A stretch of DNA of 64,000 nt from Candidatus Omnitrophota bacterium (GTDB lineage: Bacteria; Omnitrophota; Gorgyraeia; Gygaellales; Profunditerraquicolaceae). A program made the translations under genes and the position numbers. The stretch spans positions 259,244 through 323,243 of the forward strand of contig JBAZKC010000001.1 in the NCBI GenBank assembly GCA_041651035.1, in the 5' to 3' direction. Positions 36,618-46,138 of the stretch are shown here, one piece after another (position 1 is the first letter of the stretch; each line of letters opens with the position of its first letter). The notes beneath the pieces are model-generated. The model saw nothing but the letters and a program-made list of their open reading frames with translations. It did no database searches and had not been told where the DNA came from.

Positions 36618-37058
36618 CTAAATCTGGTATATTAACGCTTCTTTCTTGCCGCGGGCCTGTTTTGCCAGGTCTTCAAAAGTCAAATGGTCTACGATGCCCG
36701 AAACCGCCGAAGCCACTTCTTTCCATACTTTTCTAAAAGAACACTTATATAGGTCCTTGCAATTCGCGTACCCCTCGTTAACGCACCCTATAGGCTCTAT
36801 GGGCCCGTCTATGAACCGTATAACCTGGCCCAGCTCTATCTGAGAAGGGGGCCTGGCTAGAGCATAACCGCCTATTTTACCGCGCCTGCTCTCTACGAAT
36901 CCGCCCCTTTTTAAATCAAGGAGCACTTGCTCCAGGAATTTTACAGGCGCGTCGATACGTTCTGCCAGCTCATGTATAGGCACCACTCCCGCCTCGTAGT
37001 TTAAAGCCAGATCCAAAACCGCCTTAAGGGCGTAATCCCCTTTATAAGTTATACGCAT
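36618..37058 (-). CDS. Rrf2-family transcriptional regulator (IscR/CymR-like)
   Basis: N-terminal wHTH (YALKAVLDLA...) with a Cys cluster (CVNEGYANC...C). Confidence 0.8.
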   Translation of the reverse strand: MRITYKGDYALKAVLDLALNYEAGVVPIHELAERIDAPVKFLEQVLLDLKRGGFVESRRGKIGGYALARPPSQIELGQVIRFIDGPIEPIGCVNEGYANCKDLYKCSFRKVWKEVASAVSGIVDHLTFEDLAKQARGKKEALIYQI

Positions 37059-37130
37059 TTATCCTCGCTTGTCTATAATATCTATAATGATAGTAGAGTT
37101 TAACATAAAAATAAAAATTGTCAAGTATTT

Positions 37131-38669
37131 TTATTTACAGGAGCCGCTTGCCTCTATATCAATACCCTTAAATTCTTTAAGCCCCGCCTTTAATTCCGCC
37201 AGGCTCACAAACCTACGCTGATTCTCCCAGAGTATTGTGGGGCTGGCGTTGATATGCAACTCCTCCGCTAAGCCCATATCTTCTTCAAGCAACTTTTCCC
37301 CTTCCTGGCTCTGGCATTTTTTTATTGCAGCTTCCGCGTCTTTACCCAGCATCGCAACGGCTGCTTTCTCCCAGTGAGGATTACTGATATCTTTATTCCT
37401 ATCCAGGATGTAATCAAAATATTTCTGCGGGAAATATTTCCTGGCACATAGCTGGCGTATATCCTCTTCTACCTCGGTTTGTCCGTGCAGGCTAGAAAGC
37501 GCGTAAGCCTTTTTACCAGAAGCGGGGCCTGAATTCGGGCGGAAGTTAGCGATGTAGCGGATGTCCAGGCTGATCCCTGCTTTTCTGGCTATAGGATAAA
37601 TCACCTGCTCCGCCTTTATCCCAAAAGGGCACTTACTCATTACGAATAAATCCATATGCCGGGGCTTCCTTTCTCTCTTAAGATAGAACCTGACCGCGTC
37701 TCTTGTATTATTGACAAGATAATATTCCCGGCCGCCTTGTTTTATTTTATCCTGCCCGGCAGAAATAATCTGGGAAAAGGCCCGGTTAAGGTCCTTTATC
37801 TTTTCTACAGAAGAAGATATTAAATACACAGGGAGGGTCTGCGCGGATACCTTTTCTATAATAGACCTCGCTTCATCTGACCGGTAATCCAGGAAGGAAA
37901 CTTTAAGGCCGGGAAGGGACCTCTTAATGGCGTTATAGGCCTGGTCATGCACATAAGCCTTATCTTTTATATCTATTATTCTTAAATATACATCGAGAGG
38001 CTCGCACCTGGCGCCGGCTGTCGCAGGGTCCCGGCATATGCCTACGGAATTAGAACCCATACAATCTGTGTCAGAAAAACATCGGGGTAAGCTGGCTGAA
38101 ACTTGTTTATCGCCTGACTCTTTAGCCAATTTTAGGAATAACGAAGGGAAGCTGCGGCTGCCTTCATACTTCTTGCCATTGATGTATATCGTAGGAGATG
38201 CATTAACACCGAGGCTAGCGGCTTTTTGAATATTTTCCCGCAGGAGATCTTTACCTTTTGTATCCATAAGGCTTTCTAACTGCCGGGCATCTATATCCGC
38301 CATATACGCGTGTGCCTTCCACTCTGGCTTAGTATAATCCGTATTACGGCTGTTAATATACGTCCAGAACTTATCCGGGAAGAATTTAAGGATAGCCAGC
38401 TGCCGCATATCCTCTTCTACCTCAGCCGGCCCCTGCGGGCTAAGAATATTGCCTTTTATATCCTCGCTGGCAATAAAGTAAAGGTTAAGCTTCATTTTGT
38501 CTTTTAAACGCTGGGATAGCATATAAAAGACATTCTCTACCTGGGCTGCGTGCGGGCACTGGCTCATCACGAACAAGTCCACATTGATTTTCTCGCAGAA
38601 GCCGGGAGAAGAAAATATACTTAAAACCATTAATGTTAATACAGCCGTGTAAATAAGTTTTGCTTTCAT
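37131..38669 (-). CDS. secreted protein with two tandem DsbA/FrnE-like thioredoxin-fold domains carrying monothiol CPHA/CPFG motifs
   Basis: Signal peptide. Repeat 1 is DLFVMSQCPHAAQ and repeat 2 is DLFVMSKCPFGIKAEQ, where the DsbA family has CPxC. A Cys-rich linker joins the two repeats. Confidence 0.5.
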   Translation of the reverse strand: MKAKLIYTAVLTLMVLSIFSSPGFCEKINVDLFVMSQCPHAAQVENVFYMLSQRLKDKMKLNLYFIASEDIKGNILSPQGPAEVEEDMRQLAILKFFPDKFWTYINSRNTDYTKPEWKAHAYMADIDARQLESLMDTKGKDLLRENIQKAASLGVNASPTIYINGKKYEGSRSFPSLFLKLAKESGDKQVSASLPRCFSDTDCMGSNSVGICRDPATAGARCEPLDVYLRIIDIKDKAYVHDQAYNAIKRSLPGLKVSFLDYRSDEARSIIEKVSAQTLPVYLISSSVEKIKDLNRAFSQIISAGQDKIKQGGREYYLVNNTRDAVRFYLKRERKPRHMDLFVMSKCPFGIKAEQVIYPIARKAGISLDIRYIANFRPNSGPASGKKAYALSSLHGQTEVEEDIRQLCARKYFPQKYFDYILDRNKDISNPHWEKAAVAMLGKDAEAAIKKCQSQEGEKLLEEDMGLAEELHINASPTILWENQRRFVSLAELKAGLKEFKGIDIEASGSCK

Positions 38670-38671
38670 AT

Positions 38672-39574
38672 TTAGTTATGCTGGAGAAGGTATCTAAACG
38701 CGCTAAGGCAGGCCTTAGAGCCCTCACCCGCGGCGATAATGATCTGTTTTTCCGGAACATCTGTAACGTCTCCGGCGGCAAAAATACCTCCGGCATTGGT
38801 TTCATTGCGGCAATTTACCTTGATCTCCCCAAGCTCATTCTTTTCTACGCCTTTTACAAACCCGGAATTAGGTATCAGGCCGATCTCAACGAATACGCCG
38901 CCTACAGCCAGGGCTTCCTCTTTATTATTTCTTTTAATACTGATCCCGGTAACAAATTTGTCCCCCGTTACTCCGGTGACCCGCGTGTCGTTTAACACTG
39001 TTATGATACTGCTCTTTCTAACCTGCTCCTCCATAACCGGATCTCCGGTAATTTCCGGGGCAATGTTGACAAGATAGATACGCCTGGCTATCTTCGTCAG
39101 TTGCAAAGCGGCATCCAACCCGGAGTTGCCTCCTCCGACTACCGCCACGTCTTTGCCGGAAAATAGAGGCGCGTCACAGGTAGCGCAATAGGTAAGCCCC
39201 TTGTTCTTAAATTCTTTTTCTCCGGGGACATTGAGTTCCCTGGTTTTCTTGCCTGAGGCGACAATAACGGTCTTTGCCTCATACGCGCTTTTATCGCTGG
39301 CCACTGAAATTATACCGTCCAGTTTTTTTACTTCCCGGACTTCCTCATTATCCTTGACTGTAATATCGTACTGCCGCATATGATCTTCAAACTTAGAGGC
39401 TAACTCCGGCCCGGAGATAAACTGATAACCCGTATAATTTTCTATATCTCCGCTCCAAGCAGCCTGGCCTCCGATATCTTTGCTGATAACCAAAAAATCC
39501 ATTTTCTTGCGGGCGGCATATACGCTGGCAGTAATGCCGGCAGGCCCGGCGCCGATAACAATTAAATCTAACAT
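38672..39574 (-). CDS. trxB: thioredoxin-disulfide reductase
   Basis: FAD GxGxxG (VIGAGPAG), the redox CATCD and an NAD(P) GGGNSG motif. Confidence 0.85.
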   Translation of the reverse strand: MLDLIVIGAGPAGITASVYAARKKMDFLVISKDIGGQAAWSGDIENYTGYQFISGPELASKFEDHMRQYDITVKDNEEVREVKKLDGIISVASDKSAYEAKTVIVASGKKTRELNVPGEKEFKNKGLTYCATCDAPLFSGKDVAVVGGGNSGLDAALQLTKIARRIYLVNIAPEITGDPVMEEQVRKSSIITVLNDTRVTGVTGDKFVTGISIKRNNKEEALAVGGVFVEIGLIPNSGFVKGVEKNELGEIKVNCRNETNAGGIFAAGDVTDVPEKQIIIAAGEGSKACLSAFRYLLQHN

Positions 39575-39578
39575 TTTT

Positions 39579-39815
39579 CTATATCCCTAATACTGCTTTT
39601 ATCTTCTCTTTATCAAACCCCACGATAATCTCGCCGTCAATATCCAATACCGGCACACCCATCTGGCCTGACTTTTTGATCATTTCTTGCGCGGCCTGCT
39701 GGTTTGAGGCAACATCAAGATCCTGAAAAGCTATATTGCCCTCTTTTAAAAATTGCTTGACCCTCAAGCACCATGGACAGCTCGGGGTGCTGTATACTGT
39801 AACATTTTTATCCAT
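39579..39815 (-). CDS. glutaredoxin-like/NrdH-type small redoxin
   Basis: 78 aa ORF with the CPWC active site. Confidence 0.75.
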   Translation of the reverse strand: MDKNVTVYSTPSCPWCLRVKQFLKEGNIAFQDLDVASNQQAAQEMIKKSGQMGVPVLDIDGEIIVGFDKEKIKAVLGI

Positions 39816-39829
39816 ATCAATCTCCTTTT

Positions 39830-40291
39830 CTATTTTAGGTGCTGCGGAGTAAGATCCACGATCTCCTCGATCTCCATGCCAATCATATATTCCGGCCCGG
39901 GCAGGAGGACCTCGGGATGGCGGGGATGGCCTTTTTCTTCATGGATATTCTTTAATAACCTGCTGGTTAATCTGCTGTTAATCCTGTCTTCCCAGGCTTT
40001 GATAATCTTAGACGGCAGCTTATCTTCCTGCACTATCTTGACCCTGCCTTTAAGGCAATACCCGGTAAATTTATGTTCATCAATAGCGGTGATACTAATG
40101 TGCGGATTACGCTTTAAGTTCTCATACGTCCTTGCTTTATAAAGGTCCAGCAGATAAACTGAACCTCGGCTGTCTATTTCGATTATTCCTTTACAGGAAT
40201 TATGCACGGATCCCTCTTTGTCAACGGTAGAGACAACCACGCAACCCTGGTTCTGGAAAAACCGCATTATTTCATCGCTTATTTTTTTCAT
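39830..40291 (-). CDS. pyridoxamine 5'-phosphate oxidase-like FMN-binding split-barrel protein
   Basis: 153 aa protein with a PNPOx-like pattern (VVVSTVDKEGSVHNS...). Confidence 0.6.
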   Translation of the reverse strand: MKKISDEIMRFFQNQGCVVVSTVDKEGSVHNSCKGIIEIDSRGSVYLLDLYKARTYENLKRNPHISITAIDEHKFTGYCLKGRVKIVQEDKLPSKIIKAWEDRINSRLTSRLLKNIHEEKGHPRHPEVLLPGPEYMIGMEIEEIVDLTPQHLK

Positions 40292-40294
40292 CGC

Positions 40295-40471
40295 CTATTT
40301 GGTCATTTCGTAAATTCTCTTTTCAAGCAGCTGCCTGTGCTTCTCTTCTTGATTAACCAAAAAAGAGAAAACATCCTTTAATCCGGGATATTCCAGGCTC
40401 AGTTTATTATACAATATTATTGCCTCTGTTTCTTTGGATAACGCTAACTTTAAGGCCTCAATAGGCAACAT
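40295..40471 (-). CDS. ferritin/rubrerythrin-like mini-protein (58 aa, not in the ORF track)
   Basis: ATG at 40471 with a GGGAGGGAA RBS. Translation is MLPIEALKLALSKETEAIILYNKLSLEYPGLKDVFSFLVNQEEKHRQLLEKRIYEMTK. It shows an ExxH-containing helix pair. Confidence 0.45.
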   Translation of the reverse strand: MLPIEALKLALSKETEAIILYNKLSLEYPGLKDVFSFLVNQEEKHRQLLEKRIYEMTK

Positions 40472-40497
40472 CAGTTCCCTCCCTGCCTGACCGGCAG

Positions 40498-41688
40498 TCA
40501 GGCTTTTATTATTTTAGCAAAATCACGCCCAAATTCAACACAATGCTTAATTTCAGATTCATCCGGGGCATATTGCGCGGATAGGCTCGGCAGCGCGGAT
40601 CCTATGCCCGCCTCTTTAAGCAAGGCCTCTATTTCTTTTACCGCGCCTCCAGCCCAGCCATAAGAACCGAATACGCAGCCCAGCCTGTTTTTCGGCTTCA
40701 ATCCTTTGACAAACTCCAGGAAACCGGCAAAGTTAGGAAGCATACCATTATCGTGGGTTGAGGAACCAAACATAAACCCTCCTGCATCCAGCATCTCTTT
40801 GATTATCTCGGTGCGGTCGGAAGTCGCTACGTCAAAGAGTTTTACATCTACCCCCGCGTCGATTATTCCTTCGGCTATTTTTCTGGCCATCTTTGCCGTA
40901 GCACCCCACATAGTTTCATACATAATTACGGCTTTAGGCTTAACTTCGTTCTTTGCCCAGGAAATATAAGCATTGATTATTTTCATCGGCTCGCTTTGCC
41001 AGATAACCCCATGGCTGGGAGCTATCATCTTTATAGGAAGATCCATCTTCAGGATCTCCTCAATTTTCCTTAAAATAACCGAGCTTAACGGCCAGAGGAT
41101 ATTACCGTAGTATTTTGCCGCCTCATCCATAAGCGCGCAGGGGTCTACTTCATCATCAAACCTTTGGCTTGTAGCATAATGCTGGCCAAACGCGTCGTTA
41201 GGCAGAAGTAATTCTTCTTCAGGGCAATACGTAAACATACTATCCGGCCAATGGATCATGGGCGCTTCGATAAAAGTCAGGGTTTTCTTACCCAATTTCA
41301 ATTTATCTCCGGTCTTTACCGCCTGAAAATCCCAATTCCCGTAATAATGCCTGTACAACCCCTCTTTACATTTCTGCGTGCCAAAAACCTTTGCTTTAGG
41401 CGCGAGCTTTAAGATCTCAGGCAACGCTCCGGAATGGTCTGTTTCCACGTGGTTGGCAATAATGTAATCGATCTTCTCCACGGGGATAACCTGCCTTATA
41501 TTATCTATTAACTCACCGGCAAAAGAACCCAGGACAGTATCTATGAGGGTAACCTTGTCATCCAGGATAAGATACGCGTTATAGGTAGTGCCCCGGCTCG
41601 TGGAATAAGTGTGGCCGTGGAATGTGCGCACATTCCAATCCAGGACACCTACCGAGTAAATATCCGGCAATATTTTAAGGATAGACAT
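40498..41688 (-). CDS. FprA-family flavodiiron protein (A-type flavoprotein)
   Basis: MBL-like N-terminal domain with HxExDH (NHVETDHSG) and a C-terminal flavodoxin-like domain. Confidence 0.85.
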   Translation of the reverse strand: MSILKILPDIYSVGVLDWNVRTFHGHTYSTSRGTTYNAYLILDDKVTLIDTVLGSFAGELIDNIRQVIPVEKIDYIIANHVETDHSGALPEILKLAPKAKVFGTQKCKEGLYRHYYGNWDFQAVKTGDKLKLGKKTLTFIEAPMIHWPDSMFTYCPEEELLLPNDAFGQHYATSQRFDDEVDPCALMDEAAKYYGNILWPLSSVILRKIEEILKMDLPIKMIAPSHGVIWQSEPMKIINAYISWAKNEVKPKAVIMYETMWGATAKMARKIAEGIIDAGVDVKLFDVATSDRTEIIKEMLDAGGFMFGSSTHDNGMLPNFAGFLEFVKGLKPKNRLGCVFGSYGWAGGAVKEIEALLKEAGIGSALPSLSAQYAPDESEIKHCVEFGRDFAKIIKA

Positions 41689-41706
41689 TTCCCGCCTCCT
41701 TTTTTT

Positions 41707-42411
41707 CTAATACCCTTGAAACTGTTCAGTAATAATATTCCCTTTAGGTAAGGCTAATTCCTCAGTCAGGATCCTTTCCATTTCTACTACCATTAAAGGA
41801 GGGCCGCAGATATAGAATTTTCTTTGCGCGTAATCAGTAATTTCGTTTTTAATAATCTGGGCGTTGATCAGGCCTACCGCGCATTTAAACCCGGGCGCCG
41901 GTTCGCAAAGGACGTGGCTGACCTTTAGCTTGGAGTATTGTTCCTGCATCAGGTCAAAGTCTTCTTTAAAAATAATGTCTCTGATGGAACGGTTGGCGTA
42001 AACCAAAACCATATCTGTACCCAGTTGCTTATCAACTACGTATTTAGAGATGCTTCTTATAGGCGTGATCCCGATACCTCCGGAAAGAAAGGCTATTTTA
42101 GCCAACGGGTCATCCAGAGTGAATTTGCCAAAGGGGTATTGTATGTTTAGCCGATCCCCGGGCTTTAGAGTATTTAATGTTTTGGAAAAATCGCTCTGCG
42201 TGATCCTCTTGGTAAACTCAATATAGCCCTTTTCCGTAGGAGAACTGGATATTGAAAGATACCTCTTAGACTCATTATCTTTTAAAAGACGCGCGCGGAG
42301 GAACTGGCCGGCTTTAAAATCAACCCCTCCCTCAACGCGGAAGCGGAAACTTTTTACATCAGGGCCCCTCTGGATTATTTCTTTAATATTCAGCTCTAAC
42401 TCATCTGCCAT
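41707..42411 (-). CDS. FNR-like FAD/NAD(P)-binding oxidoreductase
   Basis: RYLSIS (RxYS FAD-binding) and GGIGITP motifs. Confidence 0.75.
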   Translation of the reverse strand: MADELELNIKEIIQRGPDVKSFRFRVEGGVDFKAGQFLRARLLKDNESKRYLSISSSPTEKGYIEFTKRITQSDFSKTLNTLKPGDRLNIQYPFGKFTLDDPLAKIAFLSGGIGITPIRSISKYVVDKQLGTDMVLVYANRSIRDIIFKEDFDLMQEQYSKLKVSHVLCEPAPGFKCAVGLINAQIIKNEITDYAQRKFYICGPPLMVVEMERILTEELALPKGNIITEQFQGY

Positions 42412-43312
42412 CTTCGGCTCCTAATTCATCAATTATCCCGGCCATAATAAAATCATTTTCCGTTAAACCGCCGGCGGCATGAGTGGTCAAAGTAATCTTT
42501 AATTTATTATAGTTCAAAGTGAGTACCGGATGATGCCCTTGTTCTTGGGCAATAAATGATACCAGGTCCAGGAAATATTTTGCTTCCTGAAAATCCCTGA
42601 ACTTTAATTCCTTAACCAGTTTTTTATCCTCAATTACTTCCCAGCCGCGATATTTAGCGAGTAATCTCTCCACCGTATCGCGGGGTAACGACGCTACAGC
42701 CCCTGCGCAGGGCTTGCATTGGGAAGGCAATTCTTCTTTTACTGTTAATGAGGGGTCTTTTATGGTTTCTGCCAGGTTATTCAAGGCGTCTTCATAATCC
42801 GGCGGCGTAGTTAATTCTTCTACCGTCCTAAAATACCTTATTATATCGTTTTTATCTATGATAACCACGCCCCTTGCCAGGAGGTTAATTTCTTTTACCA
42901 GGACGCCGTAATTTATTCCGAAAGAAGAAGATTTATAATCCGAAAGGGTTAATACATTCTTAATGTCATTTTCCTGGCAAAACCTCTTCTGGGCAAAAGG
43001 AAGGTCTTTACTTATCCCCAAGACAACGACATCGGAAGAAAATCCCACAGCTCTTTTATTGAATTCTTTTACCTGCAAATCGCAAACCGGGGTATCTAAA
43101 GAAGGGAAAAAAATGATGAGCTTTATTTTCCCTTTTCCCTCAGAAAGCGGCATACTGCTTTCTGATTTATTGCCTGAACCGGAAAAATCAGACAATCTTA
43201 CTTCTTTTAGATCCGGCGAAACTACCTTAAAATCAGGAGCCGGCATTCCTGTTTTTACGCGCCTTCCTACCAATGTCAGGGGATCCCCTTTAAAAGTTAT
43301 TTTTCTCGGCAT
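42401..43312 (-). CDS. fusion protein: thiol peroxidase (Tpx-type peroxiredoxin) + pterin-4a-carbinolamine dehydratase (PCD/DCoH) domain
   Basis: The N-terminal ~185 aa match Tpx (ITFKGDPLTLVG...PSLDTPVCDLQVKEFN). The C-terminal ~100 aa carry the PCD signature EQGHHPVLTLNYNKLKITLTTH. Confidence 0.65.
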   Translation of the reverse strand: MPRKITFKGDPLTLVGRRVKTGMPAPDFKVVSPDLKEVRLSDFSGSGNKSESSMPLSEGKGKIKLIIFFPSLDTPVCDLQVKEFNKRAVGFSSDVVVLGISKDLPFAQKRFCQENDIKNVLTLSDYKSSSFGINYGVLVKEINLLARGVVIIDKNDIIRYFRTVEELTTPPDYEDALNNLAETIKDPSLTVKEELPSQCKPCAGAVASLPRDTVERLLAKYRGWEVIEDKKLVKELKFRDFQEAKYFLDLVSFIAQEQGHHPVLTLNYNKLKITLTTHAAGGLTENDFIMAGIIDELGAEDGR

Positions 43313-43324
43313 CTTCTTCCCCTT

Positions 43325-43486
43325 TTAATTTATTTTTTCAAACTGGCTTTTATCCACGCCGCATTCAGGGCAAACCCAGCTATCCGGCAGCTTCTCAAAC
43401 GGCGTGCCCGGAGGAATATTTTGTGTCGCGTCCCCCGCCGCAGGGTCGTAAATATAACCGCAAACCATACATCTGTATTTATCCAT
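43325..43486 (-). CDS. rubredoxin
   Basis: [15 protein letters not shown]...WVCPECGV with two CxxCG knuckles. I placed the start at 43486 because an AAAGGAGG RBS precedes it. The track ORF extends to 43552. Confidence 0.8.
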   Translation of the reverse strand: MDKYRCMVCGYIYDPAAGDATQNIPPGTPFEKLPDSWVCPECGVDKSQFEKIN

Positions 43487-43560
43487 TCCCAGCCTCCTTT
43501 TTTGCCCACAAGGGCACACCCGGCAATCCGATAAGCCGGGGTGTAACCACAAGATGTAAA

Positions 43561-44400
43561 TTATACAAAATCTTTTAAGGCAGCGCTTATGTCTATATTT
43601 TCTATATTCTCTTCTGCCAAAGGGCCCCTCTTATTAACGCCGCTTTTATCCTCGTAAGTTTCTTTCTCGATTTGATAAATTATACCAATAGGGATCTTAT
43701 CTTCCCATTCAGAGGTTTTTTGAAAAGCCAGGGCAATATCCCGGGGGTTATAAGACGGGTCTTCATTAATTTTATATATCCTTTTGGAATACCACTCATA
43801 GGTATTCTTTTTGTTAAACGTAACGCAGGGCTGCAATACATCAATAAGGCTGAACCCCTTGTGTTTTATACCCTCCAAGATCAACCAGGAAAGGTGTTCG
43901 GAATCCGCTGAATACCCCCGGCCGATAAATCCAGCGCCCAACGCGAGCGCCATTCGTAAGGGATAGAGAGGTTCCAGAATAACCCCCGCGCCCTGAACCT
44001 TCGTCACCTCTCCGGAGTCTGTTGTAGGTGAAGCTTGTCCTTTGGTGAGCCCGTATATCTGATTATTATGGACTATGACAGTTATATCGAGATTTCTCCT
44101 TATGTTATGTATGAAATGATTGCCGCCTTCTCCGTAGCAATCTCCATCCCCGGTAGTAACTAAGACCGTTAATGCGTGATTGGCGATCTTTACTCCTGCC
44201 GCCGGCGGTAGCGCTCTTCCGTGAAGGCCGTTAAAACAATTACATTTTATATAATGCGGTAACTTTGCCGCCTGCCCAATACCGGAGACAAGCACGATAT
44301 CCTTAGGCTGTTTACCGAGTTTAACCAGCGCCTTCTTTAGCGCGTTTAATATTCCAAAGTCTCCGCATCCGGGGCACCAGCTAATCTGGTCATTACTCAT
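43561..44400 (-). CDS. korB: 2-oxoacid:ferredoxin oxidoreductase beta subunit (TPP-binding)
   Basis: [12 protein letters not shown] and the TPP motif GDGD...N. The start is uncertain and the track ORF extends to 44481. Confidence 0.75.
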   Translation of the reverse strand: MSNDQISWCPGCGDFGILNALKKALVKLGKQPKDIVLVSGIGQAAKLPHYIKCNCFNGLHGRALPPAAGVKIANHALTVLVTTGDGDCYGEGGNHFIHNIRRNLDITVIVHNNQIYGLTKGQASPTTDSGEVTKVQGAGVILEPLYPLRMALALGAGFIGRGYSADSEHLSWLILEGIKHKGFSLIDVLQPCVTFNKKNTYEWYSKRIYKINEDPSYNPRDIALAFQKTSEWEDKIPIGIIYQIEKETYEDKSGVNKRGPLAEENIENIDISAALKDFV

Positions 44401-44422
44401 AAAATCTTTTATTTCTGACACG

Positions 44423-46135
44423 CTATGCCTCCGCCTTAATACGCTCCACAAGAAAATCCAAGTTAAAAGGCCTGCCGTCAAACTTTAGTATGGATCTGTC
44501 AATTTTTATTCCGGTCTCCCTGCGTATAAGCCTGGCAAGTTGCCCCGCGGCATTATTCTCAACTGTTATGGTCTTCTTCGCGTTCTTTAACAGCCGCGTA
44601 ATCTCCTTGGCGGGAAAAGGCCAAACCTGGGAAAGATGCAGGAAGCCTATTTTCTTATTTTTTAATGTGTCGCTGGCCTCTTTCATTACGCCGTAGGTTG
44701 ACCCAAACCCGATAAGAATAACCTTAGCCCCTTTTAAATTACGGGCAGTAGGCTTTTGTATCTCTTTTGACAGGCCTGCCATTTTCTTATAAAACCTTTT
44801 TTCCACCATCTTTGTGCGTATTGCCGCGTCCTCGGTGATATGGCCTTCTTCTGTATGCTCATCGCTGTCAACGTAAATAACATCCTCGATCCAGGAGGGT
44901 ATGGCGCGGGGGGATATCCCTGATGCGGTAAGCCGGTATCTTTTATAATCTGCTATTTTCTTAGAATCCTCTTTTGAAATAATAAACCGCTCGGCCTTGG
45001 CCTGGTTAAGATCAAACATCCCGATATTGCGATAAGACTCCGCCAGATGCTGGTCAGTCATGATCAAGACCGGGACCTGGTATTTTTCAGCCAGGTTAAA
45101 TGCCTTTACTGTTAAATAAAAAGCCTCTTCTATGGTGCCGGGAGAAAAAACTACTCTGGCAAATTCTCCGTGTCCGGAGTGAATAAGATAATCCAGGTCT
45201 GCCTGCTCAGTCCTGGTAGGTAATCCCGTGGCAGGCGCGGGCCTCTGGGCATCAACTACTACGATCGGAGTCTCAGTCATTCCGGATAGGCTCAATCCCT
45301 CTACCATAAGCGCGAATCCTCCTCCGGAAGTCGCGCACATGGAGCGGGCTCCCGCGAAAGACGCGCCCAAGATCATATTTATCGCCGCGATCTCATCTTC
45401 CGCCTGTTCAACCACAATATTAAAATCTTTTGCGTATCCGGCTACAACATTCATAATGGAAGTAGAGGGCGACATAGGATAACCCGAGTAGAATTTGCAG
45501 CCTGCCCTGATCGCCCCTAAGGCAACCGCGTCGTGCCCGTTCATTAAAAGACCTTCTTTAAAAGTGCCTGTTTTAACCGCGAAGGCGCCCTGTTTAAACT
45601 TAGCTCTTGAAAAATCGTATCCTGCCCTGGCTGTCTCGATATTCTTGCTGATGATATCTTCGCTCTTGCCAAGAAGCGTATTCGTTAATACTTCAGCTGT
45701 ATTATTAAACTCGATGCCGGTAAGGCCTGCCAGTATCCCCAGGCCGGCCGAGTTAATAAACAACTCGCTTCCGCCCACATTTTTTGCCATATCATAAAAC
45801 GGGGCGTCAAAAAAGACGCTGTCTTCATCACTGATATTAAACGCTTTTTTGTCCAGGATGAGTAAACCTCCGGAAGCCATATTCTGCCTATGCAACGCCA
45901 CGCTATTCTTGTCTAAGGCTACAACAATATCGCTTAAACTCCGTAAAGTATGTGCCGGTTTGTTAGAGACGCGCACCTGCGTAAAGTTATTTCCTCCTCT
46001 TATCCTGGACATAACGTCCTGGTGGGAGAAAATATTCAATCCTGCCATCTTAAATAGCCTGCATAAAGCCATTCCTATGGTCTGCGTACCCTGGCCCGCT
46101 TCTCCGGCGATCTTTATAGTAAGCTCATCCCTCAT
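44423..46135 (-). CDS. korA: 2-oxoacid:ferredoxin oxidoreductase alpha subunit with fused gamma domain
   Basis: The N-terminal ~180 aa form a gamma-type domain (KIAGEAGQG). The remainder is the alpha subunit. Confidence 0.8.
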   Translation of the reverse strand: MRDELTIKIAGEAGQGTQTIGMALCRLFKMAGLNIFSHQDVMSRIRGGNNFTQVRVSNKPAHTLRSLSDIVVALDKNSVALHRQNMASGGLLILDKKAFNISDEDSVFFDAPFYDMAKNVGGSELFINSAGLGILAGLTGIEFNNTAEVLTNTLLGKSEDIISKNIETARAGYDFSRAKFKQGAFAVKTGTFKEGLLMNGHDAVALGAIRAGCKFYSGYPMSPSTSIMNVVAGYAKDFNIVVEQAEDEIAAINMILGASFAGARSMCATSGGGFALMVEGLSLSGMTETPIVVVDAQRPAPATGLPTRTEQADLDYLIHSGHGEFARVVFSPGTIEEAFYLTVKAFNLAEKYQVPVLIMTDQHLAESYRNIGMFDLNQAKAERFIISKEDSKKIADYKRYRLTASGISPRAIPSWIEDVIYVDSDEHTEEGHITEDAAIRTKMVEKRFYKKMAGLSKEIQKPTARNLKGAKVILIGFGSTYGVMKEASDTLKNKKIGFLHLSQVWPFPAKEITRLLKNAKKTITVENNAAGQLARLIRRETGIKIDRSILKFDGRPFNLDFLVERIKAEA

Positions 46136-46138
46136 TTT

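Noticed and set aside
38485-38805. 106-aa ORF overlapping the trxB 3' end and the DsbA-like gene 5' end
   Set aside because: It lies in an alternative frame of two well-supported genes. Its translation is Arg/Pro-rich and has no homolog features.
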